Virus record (IMG/VR): IMGVR_UViG_3300033076_001272
Location: 1-28,061 of that record
Source of the DNA: a virus
Lineage: Duplodnaviria > Caudoviricetes
Length of the DNA stretch: 28,061 nucleotides
Reading direction: 5' to 3' (one strand)
The notes under the pieces are model-generated. The model did not search any database, had not been told where the DNA came from, and saw nothing but the letters and a program-made list of their open reading frames with translations. Shown here in pieces: positions 17,228 to 27,277 of this stretch. The stretch's first letter is position 1; every line of letters begins with the position of its first letter. The translations under genes and the position numbers were made by a program.

Positions 17228-17259
17228 CAAATATACGAATTTATTTGGATATTTCCAAA
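17228..17259 (-). promoter_or_regulatory. Bacteroidota-type -33/-7 promoter
   Basis: Coding strand TTTG-GAAATATCCAAATAAATTCG(20 nt)-TATATTTG, an exact TTTG-N20-TAnnTTTG match, 4 nt before the ATG at 17223. Confidence 0.8.
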
Positions 17260-18062
17260 TATTTCTTATATATGAAATTTGTAATATATTGATGAGATTC
17301 TAAATTTGGGTGATCATCATTTACACCCAAAGATTGTCTAATGGTTAAGTTGTTTTCTCTATTCATAGTATCCCAATCACTATAAAAATTATTTTGATAT
17401 ATTATTGGTAAATAATTAATATCATTTTGTATTAGAGAGTGATAGTTAGATTTTGAATATTTTTCAGCACTTCCTATAAAATAGATACACTTTGTTCCAA
17501 AATTATTCTCTAATATAGAAAATCTTTTTTTAACTTCCAAAACTATTGTATAGAAAAAATCAGCAAATATATCTCCCATATTTTGCATTTGTTCTTTGGA
17601 AGGTTCATTTATATTATCTATTAAAGATAATATTGTTTTAACTTTTTCAAAAATATGTTCATATGGCCCTCTATTACCATCATTCATATTTTTTAAATGG
17701 ATAACATCTCTTATTATGTTTGTAAATTGAAATATAGCTAATTCAGGTTGGAATGTTTTATCAATCAATATATGCTCAATCCATCTATCCAATAATTCCA
17801 ATGAACCGATATTATTACCACCATTACCAGAGTTTTTAGCATATGTAATTCCTAATATAGAAGATAATTGACCTGTATAATTGTTCTTTCTTCTGAAATC
17901 ATCAAACTCAATAAAATCTTCACTTATAGAATGACATGGATCATATCTTTGCTTATTCTTAAATCGATTAAATGTTATGGGGTATTGTTCTTTCCACAAA
18001 TGAAATTGTAATGCTTCACCAAATGTAAAGGAATCCCCTACTGTCAATAATACTTTACTCAT
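17241..18062 (-). CDS. SGNH/GDSL hydrolase-like protein
   Basis: TVGDSFTFG, NSGNGGNN, C-terminal NDDHPNLESH. Confidence 0.65.
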   Translation of the reverse strand: MSKVLLTVGDSFTFGEALQFHLWKEQYPITFNRFKNKQRYDPCHSISEDFIEFDDFRRKNNYTGQLSSILGITYAKNSGNGGNNIGSLELLDRWIEHILIDKTFQPELAIFQFTNIIRDVIHLKNMNDGNRGPYEHIFEKVKTILSLIDNINEPSKEQMQNMGDIFADFFYTIVLEVKKRFSILENNFGTKCIYFIGSAEKYSKSNYHSLIQNDINYLPIIYQNNFYSDWDTMNRENNLTIRQSLGVNDDHPNLESHQYITNFIYKKYLEISK

Positions 18063-18498
18063 TTGGAATATCTTTTCTAAAAAATTTACCTAAAATATTA
18101 TCATTAAAATAGATAGTAGGATTTTCTAAAACATCTAAAGAAAAAAGATATTTTGTTTCTAAATATGTTAAATGTTTTGGAGAAAAAGCGAATTGAAGAA
18201 TTTCTCTTTCAAATTCTTCTTGCTTACCATCTTTAATTAATTGTTTGATTTCAGAGTGAGAACCATAATAAGTTTTCCAATCACTCTCTTTTTGAACTTT
18301 CTTTTTCTTACTAGCTCTCTTATCAGTAAGTTCTGATAATTCCCTTTTACCCAATGCTTTTGTTGTTATCGATATAAGTTGTTTCCTACCAATATATCGT
18401 TTGCCAGATGGAAGATGTGATACCTCATACACAAATCCAAATGCTCCTTCTGGAATTTCTGAAATATCAGAAATTACCCTATCTTTGTATTTCCACAT
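18055..18498 (-). CDS. GIY-YIG-like nuclease family protein
   Basis: GFVYEVSHLPSGKRYIGRK, YYGS, REIL, LTYLE, FNDNI. Confidence 0.65.
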   Translation of the reverse strand: MWKYKDRVISDISEIPEGAFGFVYEVSHLPSGKRYIGRKQLISITTKALGKRELSELTDKRASKKKKVQKESDWKTYYGSHSEIKQLIKDGKQEEFEREILQFAFSPKHLTYLETKYLFSLDVLENPTIYFNDNILGKFFRKDIPNE

Positions 18499-18523
18499 AA
18501 TATAACCTTTGTATTAAATTGAA

Positions 18524-18763
18524 TTATCTCTTAATGGTAGATGTATAAGGAGTTCCATTCATTTTACCCTTTCTAGCAGCTTCCAATACCTTAGAATCTA
18601 AGTTATAATCAGTCATACCAGATAAAGCCTTTGGTGTAAATCCTTTAACAGCCACAGATCCACCTACTTTTGGTTTAAAAAAATCTACCTTTTGAGCCGG
18701 AGCATTTTTTTCCTTTATTTTAGAATCATTGTAGGTATTCAATATTTGAGTTGTCTTTGCCAT
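18524..18763 (-). CDS. Small basic hypothetical protein
   Basis: 79-aa Lys-rich ORF preceded by an ATATTTATA motif. Confidence 0.6.
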   Translation of the reverse strand: MAKTTQILNTYNDSKIKEKNAPAQKVDFFKPKVGGSVAVKGFTPKALSGMTDYNLDSKVLEAARKGKMNGTPYTSTIKR

Positions 18764-18782
18764 CTTTTATTATGTTATATAG

Positions 18783-18791
18783 TATAAATAT
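18783..18791 (-). promoter_or_regulatory. ATATTTATA motif, putative phage promoter
   Basis: Recurrent intergenic motif. Confidence 0.55.
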
Positions 18792-18793
18792 CA

Positions 18794-20266
18794 TTAAGTA
18801 TCAAAACGAACAACAAAATTTACAGGATAATCCGGTAAGCTCTTTGGTTTAGATGGAACTTTAGCAACAGCTACCATATCGTAATTTTCATCATATAAAC
18901 CAATTGTGGTAATATATGGTGCAAGATATGATCCAGTTGGGTCAAAAGAACTACTATATTCATACTCATCAAATCCTAATTTAGTTATTCCATTATAATC
19001 AGATACAATTCTAAAATCTAAATCATATGCAGAACCCGTATAATCCAAAGAAGCCGGTTTAAATGGTATATACTTATTTACATATTTTTCTCCATTATAA
19101 TATGTTGTTGCAGATGGGTTCGTTGAATAGTTAAATTCGTTAGGATTTACTTCTAAGAATACTTCATTTTCAAAAATAGTTTTAGTAGATTGAAAACGCA
19201 TATCCCAATTACCATCAGCCCCAAAGTTATAATTAGATTGTTGATTTGAAGTATCACTATATTCACTTGTTGCATATGTTAAAACAATAATACCATTTGC
19301 ATAAAAAATATTACCAATTTTAGTTGAAATGTTATATTGAGATAGAGCAGTTGGTAGATTTAAATTACCTAAAGTGAAAATAGTTCCGGTCATTAAATCA
19401 TAACTACTAATTTGAGTTGTAAATGGAGAACTCCCTTGATATGTTACTGTAAAATATCCATTTTCATTAGCTTCTTCATCTCCTAAATTAAATGCAACTA
19501 AGTCTAATAAATAATTTAAACCATCACCGGTTGTAATACTAAATGTAGAATCGGAAAAAACACCTCCTCCTAAATCTTCTCCAAAATCAAAATTACCCGC
19601 ATCAATAAAGTTTTTACCATAGTAAATTAAATTACTATAACCATCATCTATAATTTTACTATATGTTCCATCTGGATTCGTATTTGAGTAATCTGTTATC
19701 AGTAATGATCCTGGTTTAATTTCTTCTCCAACATATTTTTGTGGAACACTCCACATAAGAAATCTATCACCTAATACCCTTTCTTGAACTGAACCATAAC
19801 TCTCCATTTTTCCATATAGAGAAGATATGTTAGTATATTTACCACTTAATATTAATCCGTTATCATTTACAATATATCCGTTTGAATCTAAAAATTGTTG
19901 AAATTCATCTACATATTTTTGGGTAGCTTCATTATAATAATAAGAATATGATTGTTCGGTTGCAGTTTCTAAATTGTAATTTAATCTAACAACATATTTT
20001 TTTATTTTTTTAGCTTTGTGATTAACTAAATCCCAATTTTTAACAATTCCTATTTGTTTTACCGCATTTGAATAAAATAATTGTTTAACACTTCTATATA
20101 ATGCTAGTTCATTAAATCCACCTGCGGTGTAATTTTGTAAATCCTCAAACGAACCAGTTAAATTTCTAACGGCTGTTATAGGTATAATAGTATCATCTAA
20201 AGTCCAATTTTTATAAACTTTAAATGGTCTAATAGTAATGTCGGATTTGGGTATAGATTTAAACAT
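18794..20266 (-). CDS. Putative virion (baseplate/tail) structural protein; paralog of 20339-21583
   Basis: C-terminal EFNYSTNPS...YITTIGLYDENYDMVAVAK...VVRFD shared with its neighbour. Confidence 0.6.
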   Translation of the reverse strand: MFKSIPKSDITIRPFKVYKNWTLDDTIIPITAVRNLTGSFEDLQNYTAGGFNELALYRSVKQLFYSNAVKQIGIVKNWDLVNHKAKKIKKYVVRLNYNLETATEQSYSYYYNEATQKYVDEFQQFLDSNGYIVNDNGLILSGKYTNISSLYGKMESYGSVQERVLGDRFLMWSVPQKYVGEEIKPGSLLITDYSNTNPDGTYSKIIDDGYSNLIYYGKNFIDAGNFDFGEDLGGGVFSDSTFSITTGDGLNYLLDLVAFNLGDEEANENGYFTVTYQGSSPFTTQISSYDLMTGTIFTLGNLNLPTALSQYNISTKIGNIFYANGIIVLTYATSEYSDTSNQQSNYNFGADGNWDMRFQSTKTIFENEVFLEVNPNEFNYSTNPSATTYYNGEKYVNKYIPFKPASLDYTGSAYDLDFRIVSDYNGITKLGFDEYEYSSSFDPTGSYLAPYITTIGLYDENYDMVAVAKVPSKPKSLPDYPVNFVVRFDT

Positions 20267-20272
20267 ACACTA

Positions 20273-20280
20273 ATAAATAT
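20273..20280 (-). promoter_or_regulatory. ATATTTAT motif, putative phage promoter
   Basis: Lies between the terminator and the next ATG (20266). Confidence 0.6.
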
Positions 20281-20287
20281 CATAATT

Positions 20288-20310
20288 AAAAAAACCCGCC
20301 GAAGCGGGTT
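20288..20310 (-). terminator. Intrinsic terminator with cUUCGg tetraloop
   Basis: Minus strand AACCCGC-TTCG-GCGGGTT running into a T7 tract, just downstream of the stop at 20339. Confidence 0.88.
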
Positions 20311-20338
20311 AGTTTAAAATTAAGGTTTAGAATTAAAT

Positions 20339-21583
20339 TTAGAAATCAAGTTTTACCTTAATCAACACCTCTTTATCAAAGGATTTCGCGATTGGTTGTG
20401 AAGTTTTAGCCACAGCCATCAATTCGTTAGCATCGTTGTATAAACCAACTGATGTTATATATGTTTTAGGATCGGTTTCAAATGAAGGTTCGTTAAATGT
20501 TCCATCAGAACCACTTGTGAATGTAGGATTATTAGAGAAGTTAAATTCTCTATTTGTTGCTCTTACAAAGAAGTGTTGAGTTGATACATTTTCAGTTCTT
20601 CTCATTTCAAAATCACCACCACCTTTTAAACTATTATAGAATAATTTATGATTATATGTTTCATTTGAAGGAGTTGATGATGTTACCGGTAATAATTCAC
20701 TACCTACTACTGATGCCACCGCAGTTGGGTTTAATAAGATAATACCCAATTTAGGGTAGAATTTACCAAATCCTTGTGAATTCGATGCAGTATATGTGTT
20801 TATAGTTGCATTTGCTTCAGTTCCTATATTGTTAGAACCAGAAACAATATTAAATACTGTTCCAGCTTTACCAGCTTTATCTGAAAATTTCTTTCCACTA
20901 TCATCGATGAAAGTGAAAGAACCTAATGATCCACTTAAAGTAATTTTTATATTACCAGCATCCGCTTGTTGTCTATATCTAGCTCTTGCTAAGTTAATAA
21001 CATACGCATGATCCAATTGATATCCATCTTCAATTGAAGAAGAATAAACTGTAAAAAATTCATCAGCAGTTCCTTCATAGTTATCATTCAACAACATTCT
21101 ATATTGAGAATAGATAGCTTTTGTAGGTAATAAAGCCGAATCTGAAGTAGTTAATTGAACCGAACCACTTCCGTATTTATGTCCGTATGCAATTGCAAAC
21201 TCAATTGGTGCAGATGAACCCGTATTAGAACCAGTTAAATAAACATTTAGATAATATTTTGATGCATCTGAACCATTATGACCTGAAATGGTTGATGTAG
21301 AACCTGTAATCATTGAAGAATTCAAACTTCCACTACCATTACTCCATAATCCTTCGGTTACAACTTCTATTTTATTTGAAATTTTATCAAATTCTCCGAA
21401 TTTTTTAAATATACCTTGAGTTAAAACACCTCCACTACTAACACCTAACTTTTCATTTGCAGGTAGTGATGAATTCAAAATATTTGCAATTGCAGTTGAG
21501 TCAATTACTCCTGCATTATCTATCAAATATTGAGATAATTGTTGTGTAAGTGCTGCTCCTTGTGCTCCTGTAATTTGTGCCAT
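20339..21583 (-). CDS. Putative virion (baseplate/tail) structural protein
   Basis: Ser/Gly/Thr-rich; C-terminal EFNFSNNPT...YITSVGLYNDANELMAVAK...KVKLDF. Confidence 0.6.
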   Translation of the reverse strand: MAQITGAQGAALTQQLSQYLIDNAGVIDSTAIANILNSSLPANEKLGVSSGGVLTQGIFKKFGEFDKISNKIEVVTEGLWSNGSGSLNSSMITGSTSTISGHNGSDASKYYLNVYLTGSNTGSSAPIEFAIAYGHKYGSGSVQLTTSDSALLPTKAIYSQYRMLLNDNYEGTADEFFTVYSSSIEDGYQLDHAYVINLARARYRQQADAGNIKITLSGSLGSFTFIDDSGKKFSDKAGKAGTVFNIVSGSNNIGTEANATINTYTASNSQGFGKFYPKLGIILLNPTAVASVVGSELLPVTSSTPSNETYNHKLFYNSLKGGGDFEMRRTENVSTQHFFVRATNREFNFSNNPTFTSGSDGTFNEPSFETDPKTYITSVGLYNDANELMAVAKTSQPIAKSFDKEVLIKVKLDF

Positions 21584-21599
21584 TTTCTATATTAATTTT

Positions 21600-22214
21600 T
21601 TATGCTACATAATTTACTGTCACAGGAATAGAAACTGAACCTCCGGTTTCATTTCCATAAACTGTCAATGTTGTTACTACTGTTGAAGTTAATGAAGGGT
21701 TTGGAATAAATTCAAACGTAATACCTCTCTTAACATCCGCAGTTGCGGTAACTGAATCACTAACAGCAATTTGTCCTGCTGCTGCAACACCTAAACCTAC
21801 TAACGTTCCAGCTGTTTTATCAGCCAATACCGCAGTATATCCTGCAGTTGTATTTCCTGCTGGAGAAGTTGTTGGTGTAATAGTAACTTTACCTCTTTGT
21901 TGATTTGTAGTAATTGATGTTACACCAATTGATACTTGAGGTATTTTTGTTGTTCCCTTTGGTAGGGTAACAAGTTTGTATTTCAAAACTTGAGTTTCAT
22001 CTGGACTAGCCTCCAAAATAGGAATAGCTTTGATAGCTGCATCATAATACGCAGAACCCTTTGGGTGTGCTGCATCATATAATTGGTAATCAATTTCATC
22101 ATCACCCAATGCAAATTGAGTAATGTTTAATGATTGCCCCGCTGCCAATTTTTCTCTACCTTTTTTAGTAAGGATAGCATCAATAATAATTTCGGAATTA
22201 TCTAAATATGCCAT
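21600..22214 (-). CDS. Putative virion structural protein with tail-collar-like N-terminus
   Basis: ILTKKGREKLAAGQSLNITQFALGDD resembles the N-terminal motif of P2 gpH-type baseplate-anchoring domains. Confidence 0.6.
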   Translation of the reverse strand: MAYLDNSEIIIDAILTKKGREKLAAGQSLNITQFALGDDEIDYQLYDAAHPKGSAYYDAAIKAIPILEASPDETQVLKYKLVTLPKGTTKIPQVSIGVTSITTNQQRGKVTITPTTSPAGNTTAGYTAVLADKTAGTLVGLGVAAAGQIAVSDSVTATADVKRGITFEFIPNPSLTSTVVTTLTVYGNETGGSVSIPVTVNYVA

Positions 22215-22244
22215 TTTATGTTTTTTTACTTTTTGTTGGTCTTA

Positions 22245-22277
22245 TATAAATATATAACCTTTTAGTTTTATAAATAT
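22245..22277 (-). promoter_or_regulatory. Tandem ATATTTATA motifs (22245-22253, 22269-22277)
   Basis: Two copies in the intergenic region upstream of 22214. Confidence 0.55.
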
Positions 22278-22282
22278 TTTCT

Positions 22283-25200
22283 TTAATCAACTTCCAATAT
22301 TGGTTCTCCACTACCTCTACCAGAAGGTGCAACTTTCAATCTATTAGGGTTAGTTACAAATACTTCTACCGGAGATGCCCCATCTGGAGTAGTTAAAGAT
22401 GTTTGTTTAGAACCTTCAAAAAATGAATTCTCTAAACCAGTTGTAATATCTTTTGTATATCTATAATGACCACTTGTGTATCCATCAAATACTTCTATTG
22501 CAGTAATAACTCCTTTACCATATGGAAATACTCCTAAATTAGAAGATATATCAGCATAAAAGGAATGTGCAGTTGGAGTTTTAAATGTGGAGTTTTCCAC
22601 AGGATCTATTAATATAAGTTTTTTCTCATACTTATAAACCTGTTGAATACCTATTTTATCATCCGCTGCTAACTTAGTAGTATCATAAAGAGATGAGGAA
22701 ATACCATTTGAAGGTATTCTATAAGGAACATTTCTACTATATCTAATTGTTATAATATAAGCATTATATCTCTGAGTTAATACCAAAGTTCCATCTTCTC
22801 TAAAATAAGTTCTATCCACTGCTCCTTTTTGACCAAATAAACCAAATCCTAAATTAAAAGGAGAATCAGGTTCATTACCAGCAGATTGATATGAAGATTC
22901 TAAATCATATTCAGCAATTATTGTAGAATCTTTCAAACCAGCATCTACAATAATTTCTATACCACCCATAGTAGATCCAGAATTATAAGTTATTTCTCCA
23001 CTCATTGAATCTAAATCAACTACAACATATTCAGATGATAAACTTTGATATTCCGCAGTAACTTCATCTACTCCATCCACCATATAAGATCCTGAGTAAA
23101 AAGCTATTCCAGCTTCTAAATCTTTATTTATAGTTGTATCTAAACTACCGGTAAAATATGGTAATTCAGTTTCTATGTTTTGTGCAGTTGTTGCAATTAC
23201 TGAACCACTATGATAGATATTTTCTGCAATTGGTTTATTAATTTTAATCTTACTTCTATCTAAAAGAGAAGGTTCTATTAATAAACCCTTTGATACGTTT
23301 GCTCTAGCAGGAATAACCTGATCCAACATATCAAACAAAGATTTATCTACTGTTCTAACTAATTTAATATATTCATCAAAATTTAAATTAGTTCTTTGGA
23401 AATAATAATTTCTTAAACCAATCAAATCACTATAAGAATCACTTCCATATTCCTCATCCCAATCTCCTATATAATCTCCTATATTAATAGCTCCTAATGA
23501 TTTAAGAATATCTAAATTTAATTCTTTAACAGGTGAGAAGAATAATCCCAATCTATTGGAATCTTGAGGAGCTCTATCAAATGCCTTTTTAGTTGCTCTT
23601 GCTTTATATGATAAATTTCCAACTAATTCAACATCTTCGGTTCTAACTTTATCTCTACCAGTAAATCCGATAGATGGAACTTCAGCTGTTACAAATCTTT
23701 CATATACATCATATTGATATGGATATGAATTAATATTAGTATTAACACTTGCAGTTGCATATTCCCAATATGAAACATTAGGTGCAACATTTTTTATAGA
23801 TTGTGTAACATAAAGATTTTTTGGGTATTCAAAATCTAATCTAACTAATAAATTATCAGTAGAAGAATATACATCATTACCTCTAATTACATCTGGATTT
23901 AGGGTATGTGAATTAATTATAGATTCGCTCAATGCATTATTCCATACTCTAACTTCATCTATTGAACCACTTATACCATTACTTCCACTACCACCAAATA
24001 TTAAACTACCATTTCCAGTCCATGATAAATTTGTATAATATTCACTACCTGCAAATAAAGAATTTGATGATGATACTTGAAGAGTTAAAGATGAACTTTT
24101 TGATAATACAATTCTATCATCAACTGCTTCTTTTAAATACAATGTGTATTTATCATAATCCAATCCGTTATTAGTAATTCTATTTCGTTGAAGAGTTACA
24201 AATTTAAAATCATTATCAAATAATGGAACATTTGTAATACTTAAACTACTTGTAGTTAAAGGAGTTGTTGTTAAATATGTTCCATCATATTCATTTTTTG
24301 TAGAAAATATTTCAAGTTTAATATCACCCAATTGAGTGCTTGCAGATGGTATCAAACTAACTTTTAAATAATTTGATCCAGATACTTGTCTGATTATTTG
24401 TTGTGTATTTACCTTATCATTTGTTTTGAATCTTAATTCAAATGATTCTGGTGCATTTGATGAACTAATCCATGGAATAGTTACATATTCATTTCCCGCT
24501 AAATTTAATACAGCACTCCTATCTTCATATGTATATTTAGAAGTTTCAGCAGAAGTATGCGAAGGGCCTCCAAATTCAACAATTGTCATTAAAGAAGATG
24601 GAACTCCATAACACGCTAATATAGCATTTATAGATTTTCTAGTACCTTTATGTTTTAATAAATAAGGTAAGTTATTAAGTATTCTTCTCCATAATTGATT
24701 TCTAGCTTCTTCAGGAGTATATGTTGTAGAAACATTGTTTCCTATTGAATTTTTGTTTGTAGGAGTAGAACCATCTTTATTTAATCCAAATGCATGTTTC
24801 CACAATTCATTTCCATTAAATGGAGTAGATGGATCCCATCCAAACGATTCCAATAATTCATATACCAATTTATCAGATATACCATCAACTGCTTTGTTTT
24901 CTACTTTTCTAACTCTATTGATACCATTTATATAAGTCCAAATAATATCAAAATGTTGTCCAATCATTTCTAAGAAAGTTACATATTCTAAACTTCCTTG
25001 ATCCTCTTGAATATGCTGAGGAATATGTTTAACTAAATAATTTCTATTAGTTCTATCATAAATTTCTGCATTAGAAATTTGATTAATAAAAAATGTATCA
25101 ACTGAAGATGTTATTAAAAAATCATTATATAATGTTTTTTCAAATCCATCAAATCCATTTTTAATGGCTCTAACTTTATCATTGTAAGATGCACTTGTTG

Positions 25201-27271
25201 TTAAAGCAATTGATGAAGATGCGGATGATAATATTAAATCATTGGTAACCTTATTTTCCCATACTTCAATTGATTCTAATTTATATTGATAGTTTTCTAA
25301 TCTAGTTTGAGCACCACCAAAATTTACAAAATTTTCAAATTTTAAAAAATAATCTTGTGTCTTATCACTTCCGCTTGTATATGATATGTTAAGGTTATCT
25401 AAATTAAATTGGCTTTGAGAAACATATCTATTAACAATATCAGTTGATGTTAATGAACCGCTTGCAGTTATTTCATCAAAAAATTGATATCCAGTTTCAT
25501 CTATTATATCAGTTCCAAAATTTGGTTTTAACGGCAAACATTTATCAACATCTTCATCTGTTATAATAATTGTTTCAACAATTGAAGGTATAATTTGCTT
25601 TGAAATCCAAACTTGAGTATTTAAATCAATTTCAATTGGTAATGGTTCTAATAATTTAACTACCAATGAACCATATTGTAAATATCCTTTCTTTTTTCTA
25701 GTACTTCCGGTATTAGAATCTATTTCAAATTGAGTTTCTACAACTTTACCATCTAATATCGAATATGTTAATTTATCAATTCCAATATTTGATATTACAA
25801 AAGATTTATCAGCAGTTGTTCTAACTTGATAATATAAATGTTTATCATCTTCAAATATGATTTGGTCTTCATATTTTTGTTTTGTATCACCTCCTGAAAA
25901 TAATTGCGAAAATACACTTGCAATAGTTCCAACTGCTTCTGATTTAGAAATTAAAAATTTGGCTCTATTAACTAATACACTTACACTTTCTTTTTTACCA
26001 ATTATTTTTCCATCGATTCCATAGAAATATGGTTGGAAACTAAATGTAATTGTATAAGTTTCTTTTGTTTCATTAAAATATTGCTGATATAAATCGTAAA
26101 GACCTTTTGCAGCTAAAGTTAATTTAGCTTTATTATTTTGAACAGGAATATCTGATATAAGATTATCTCCTAAAAAGATTTGTATTCCTTCTGAATTAAC
26201 ACTTTCTAATTCAAATTCAAAATTAAAATCTAACGGTCTTAAGTCGGCTTCAGTAATGTTTCTATCAAATGTAATTTTGGTTACATCCGGTTCTCCATAT
26301 GTTTTTTCTTTTAATACTTCAACAAAAGTTCTTATTTCACCAAAATCACCAAATATTTCATTACCTGCAAAAATAACTAATTCAAATCTTCCCAATGAAT
26401 TAGGATTATCTAACGTAATTATAGCTTCTCCATTACTAACGGATACTTTTTTAGCACCATTTTGATCAGCTCCTATTTGATTAGGAAAATAGTATTTTAC
26501 ATATGTGGTAGAATTTGTTACACCTACATTTAAACTAAATGTATTACTACCTTCTATATTCCAAGCATATAATTGTCTTAATTGAGAAACAATAGTAGGT
26601 TGCATATCAGCCGTAACTACTTCATTTGTATCAATCTCAACTGAATATGTAGAATCGATTGATGATAAATCAAATGTATTAGCGGATGTTTCCTTTACTA
26701 AATTTCCATTTTCATTATAAACTCTTATAGATTTAATATTATAAGAATTAGGATTTTTTCTTACAATGGATATCTTTGAATATTTTTCTACTCCAATTGT
26801 TTGTTGGCCGGTTAAATCTACAACACTTACTCCGTTTTGTGGTTTATCGATATACAATCTAACACCATCTTGACCAGAGGTATTTTTTAATTTTATATTA
26901 ACATATTCTATTCCACTTTGAACGGGTATATCATTTGTAGGAGTAGCCGTTTGAATTTTTGCAAAAGGAACATCTATGTTAAAATTAACTGTATTATACG
27001 GGGAATAAAAATATTCTCTATAAGTTCTTTGTCCAGGTGCTACATATGATGATGGGTTTGTAGGAACTACTGATTGTAAAGCATCAAATGGAGTATTATA
27101 TGTTGCATTAGCACCCGCACTTTGCCCCTTTAATTCAGTAATTGATTGAAAAACGTTATCGGTAGTGCTTTGGACACCACCTGTTCCCATTCCATTTGAA
27201 ATGTTTATTGAATTAGCCGAATCAGTAATTGGACTATCAGTTAAGCCGTTTCCATCAATTTTCTCTATCAT
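22283..27271 (-). CDS. Large baseplate wedge-like virion protein with LamG-like domain
   Basis: HIPQHIQED..FLEMIGQHFD..LESFGW..LPYLLKHKGTRKSINAILACYG resembles the P2 gpI/T4 gp7-type wedge (KGT); FELRFKT...GSIDEVRVWNNAL resembles LamG. Confidence 0.65.
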   Translation of the reverse strand: MIEKIDGNGLTDSPITDSANSINISNGMGTGGVQSTTDNVFQSITELKGQSAGANATYNTPFDALQSVVPTNPSSYVAPGQRTYREYFYSPYNTVNFNIDVPFAKIQTATPTNDIPVQSGIEYVNIKLKNTSGQDGVRLYIDKPQNGVSVVDLTGQQTIGVEKYSKISIVRKNPNSYNIKSIRVYNENGNLVKETSANTFDLSSIDSTYSVEIDTNEVVTADMQPTIVSQLRQLYAWNIEGSNTFSLNVGVTNSTTYVKYYFPNQIGADQNGAKKVSVSNGEAIITLDNPNSLGRFELVIFAGNEIFGDFGEIRTFVEVLKEKTYGEPDVTKITFDRNITEADLRPLDFNFEFELESVNSEGIQIFLGDNLISDIPVQNNKAKLTLAAKGLYDLYQQYFNETKETYTITFSFQPYFYGIDGKIIGKKESVSVLVNRAKFLISKSEAVGTIASVFSQLFSGGDTKQKYEDQIIFEDDKHLYYQVRTTADKSFVISNIGIDKLTYSILDGKVVETQFEIDSNTGSTRKKKGYLQYGSLVVKLLEPLPIEIDLNTQVWISKQIIPSIVETIIITDEDVDKCLPLKPNFGTDIIDETGYQFFDEITASGSLTSTDIVNRYVSQSQFNLDNLNISYTSGSDKTQDYFLKFENFVNFGGAQTRLENYQYKLESIEVWENKVTNDLILSSASSSIALTTSASYNDKVRAIKNGFDGFEKTLYNDFLITSSVDTFFINQISNAEIYDRTNRNYLVKHIPQHIQEDQGSLEYVTFLEMIGQHFDIIWTYINGINRVRKVENKAVDGISDKLVYELLESFGWDPSTPFNGNELWKHAFGLNKDGSTPTNKNSIGNNVSTTYTPEEARNQLWRRILNNLPYLLKHKGTRKSINAILACYGVPSSLMTIVEFGGPSHTSAETSKYTYEDRSAVLNLAGNEYVTIPWISSSNAPESFELRFKTNDKVNTQQIIRQVSGSNYLKVSLIPSASTQLGDIKLEIFSTKNEYDGTYLTTTPLTTSSLSITNVPLFDNDFKFVTLQRNRITNNGLDYDKYTLYLKEAVDDRIVLSKSSSLTLQVSSSNSLFAGSEYYTNLSWTGNGSLIFGGSGSNGISGSIDEVRVWNNALSESIINSHTLNPDVIRGNDVYSSTDNLLVRLDFEYPKNLYVTQSIKNVAPNVSYWEYATASVNTNINSYPYQYDVYERFVTAEVPSIGFTGRDKVRTEDVELVGNLSYKARATKKAFDRAPQDSNRLGLFFSPVKELNLDILKSLGAINIGDYIGDWDEEYGSDSYSDLIGLRNYYFQRTNLNFDEYIKLVRTVDKSLFDMLDQVIPARANVSKGLLIEPSLLDRSKIKINKPIAENIYHSGSVIATTAQNIETELPYFTGSLDTTINKDLEAGIAFYSGSYMVDGVDEVTAEYQSLSSEYVVVDLDSMSGEITYNSGSTMGGIEIIVDAGLKDSTIIAEYDLESSYQSAGNEPDSPFNLGFGLFGQKGAVDRTYFREDGTLVLTQRYNAYIITIRYSRNVPYRIPSNGISSSLYDTTKLAADDKIGIQQVYKYEKKLILIDPVENSTFKTPTAHSFYADISSNLGVFPYGKGVITAIEVFDGYTSGHYRYTKDITTGLENSFFEGSKQTSLTTPDGASPVEVFVTNPNRLKVAPSGRGSGEPILEVD

Positions 27272-27277
27272 CTACTA

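Noticed and set aside
18055-18498. Intron-encoded mobile homing endonuclease
   Set aside because: It is free-standing, interrupts no gene and has no room for a DNA-binding extension.
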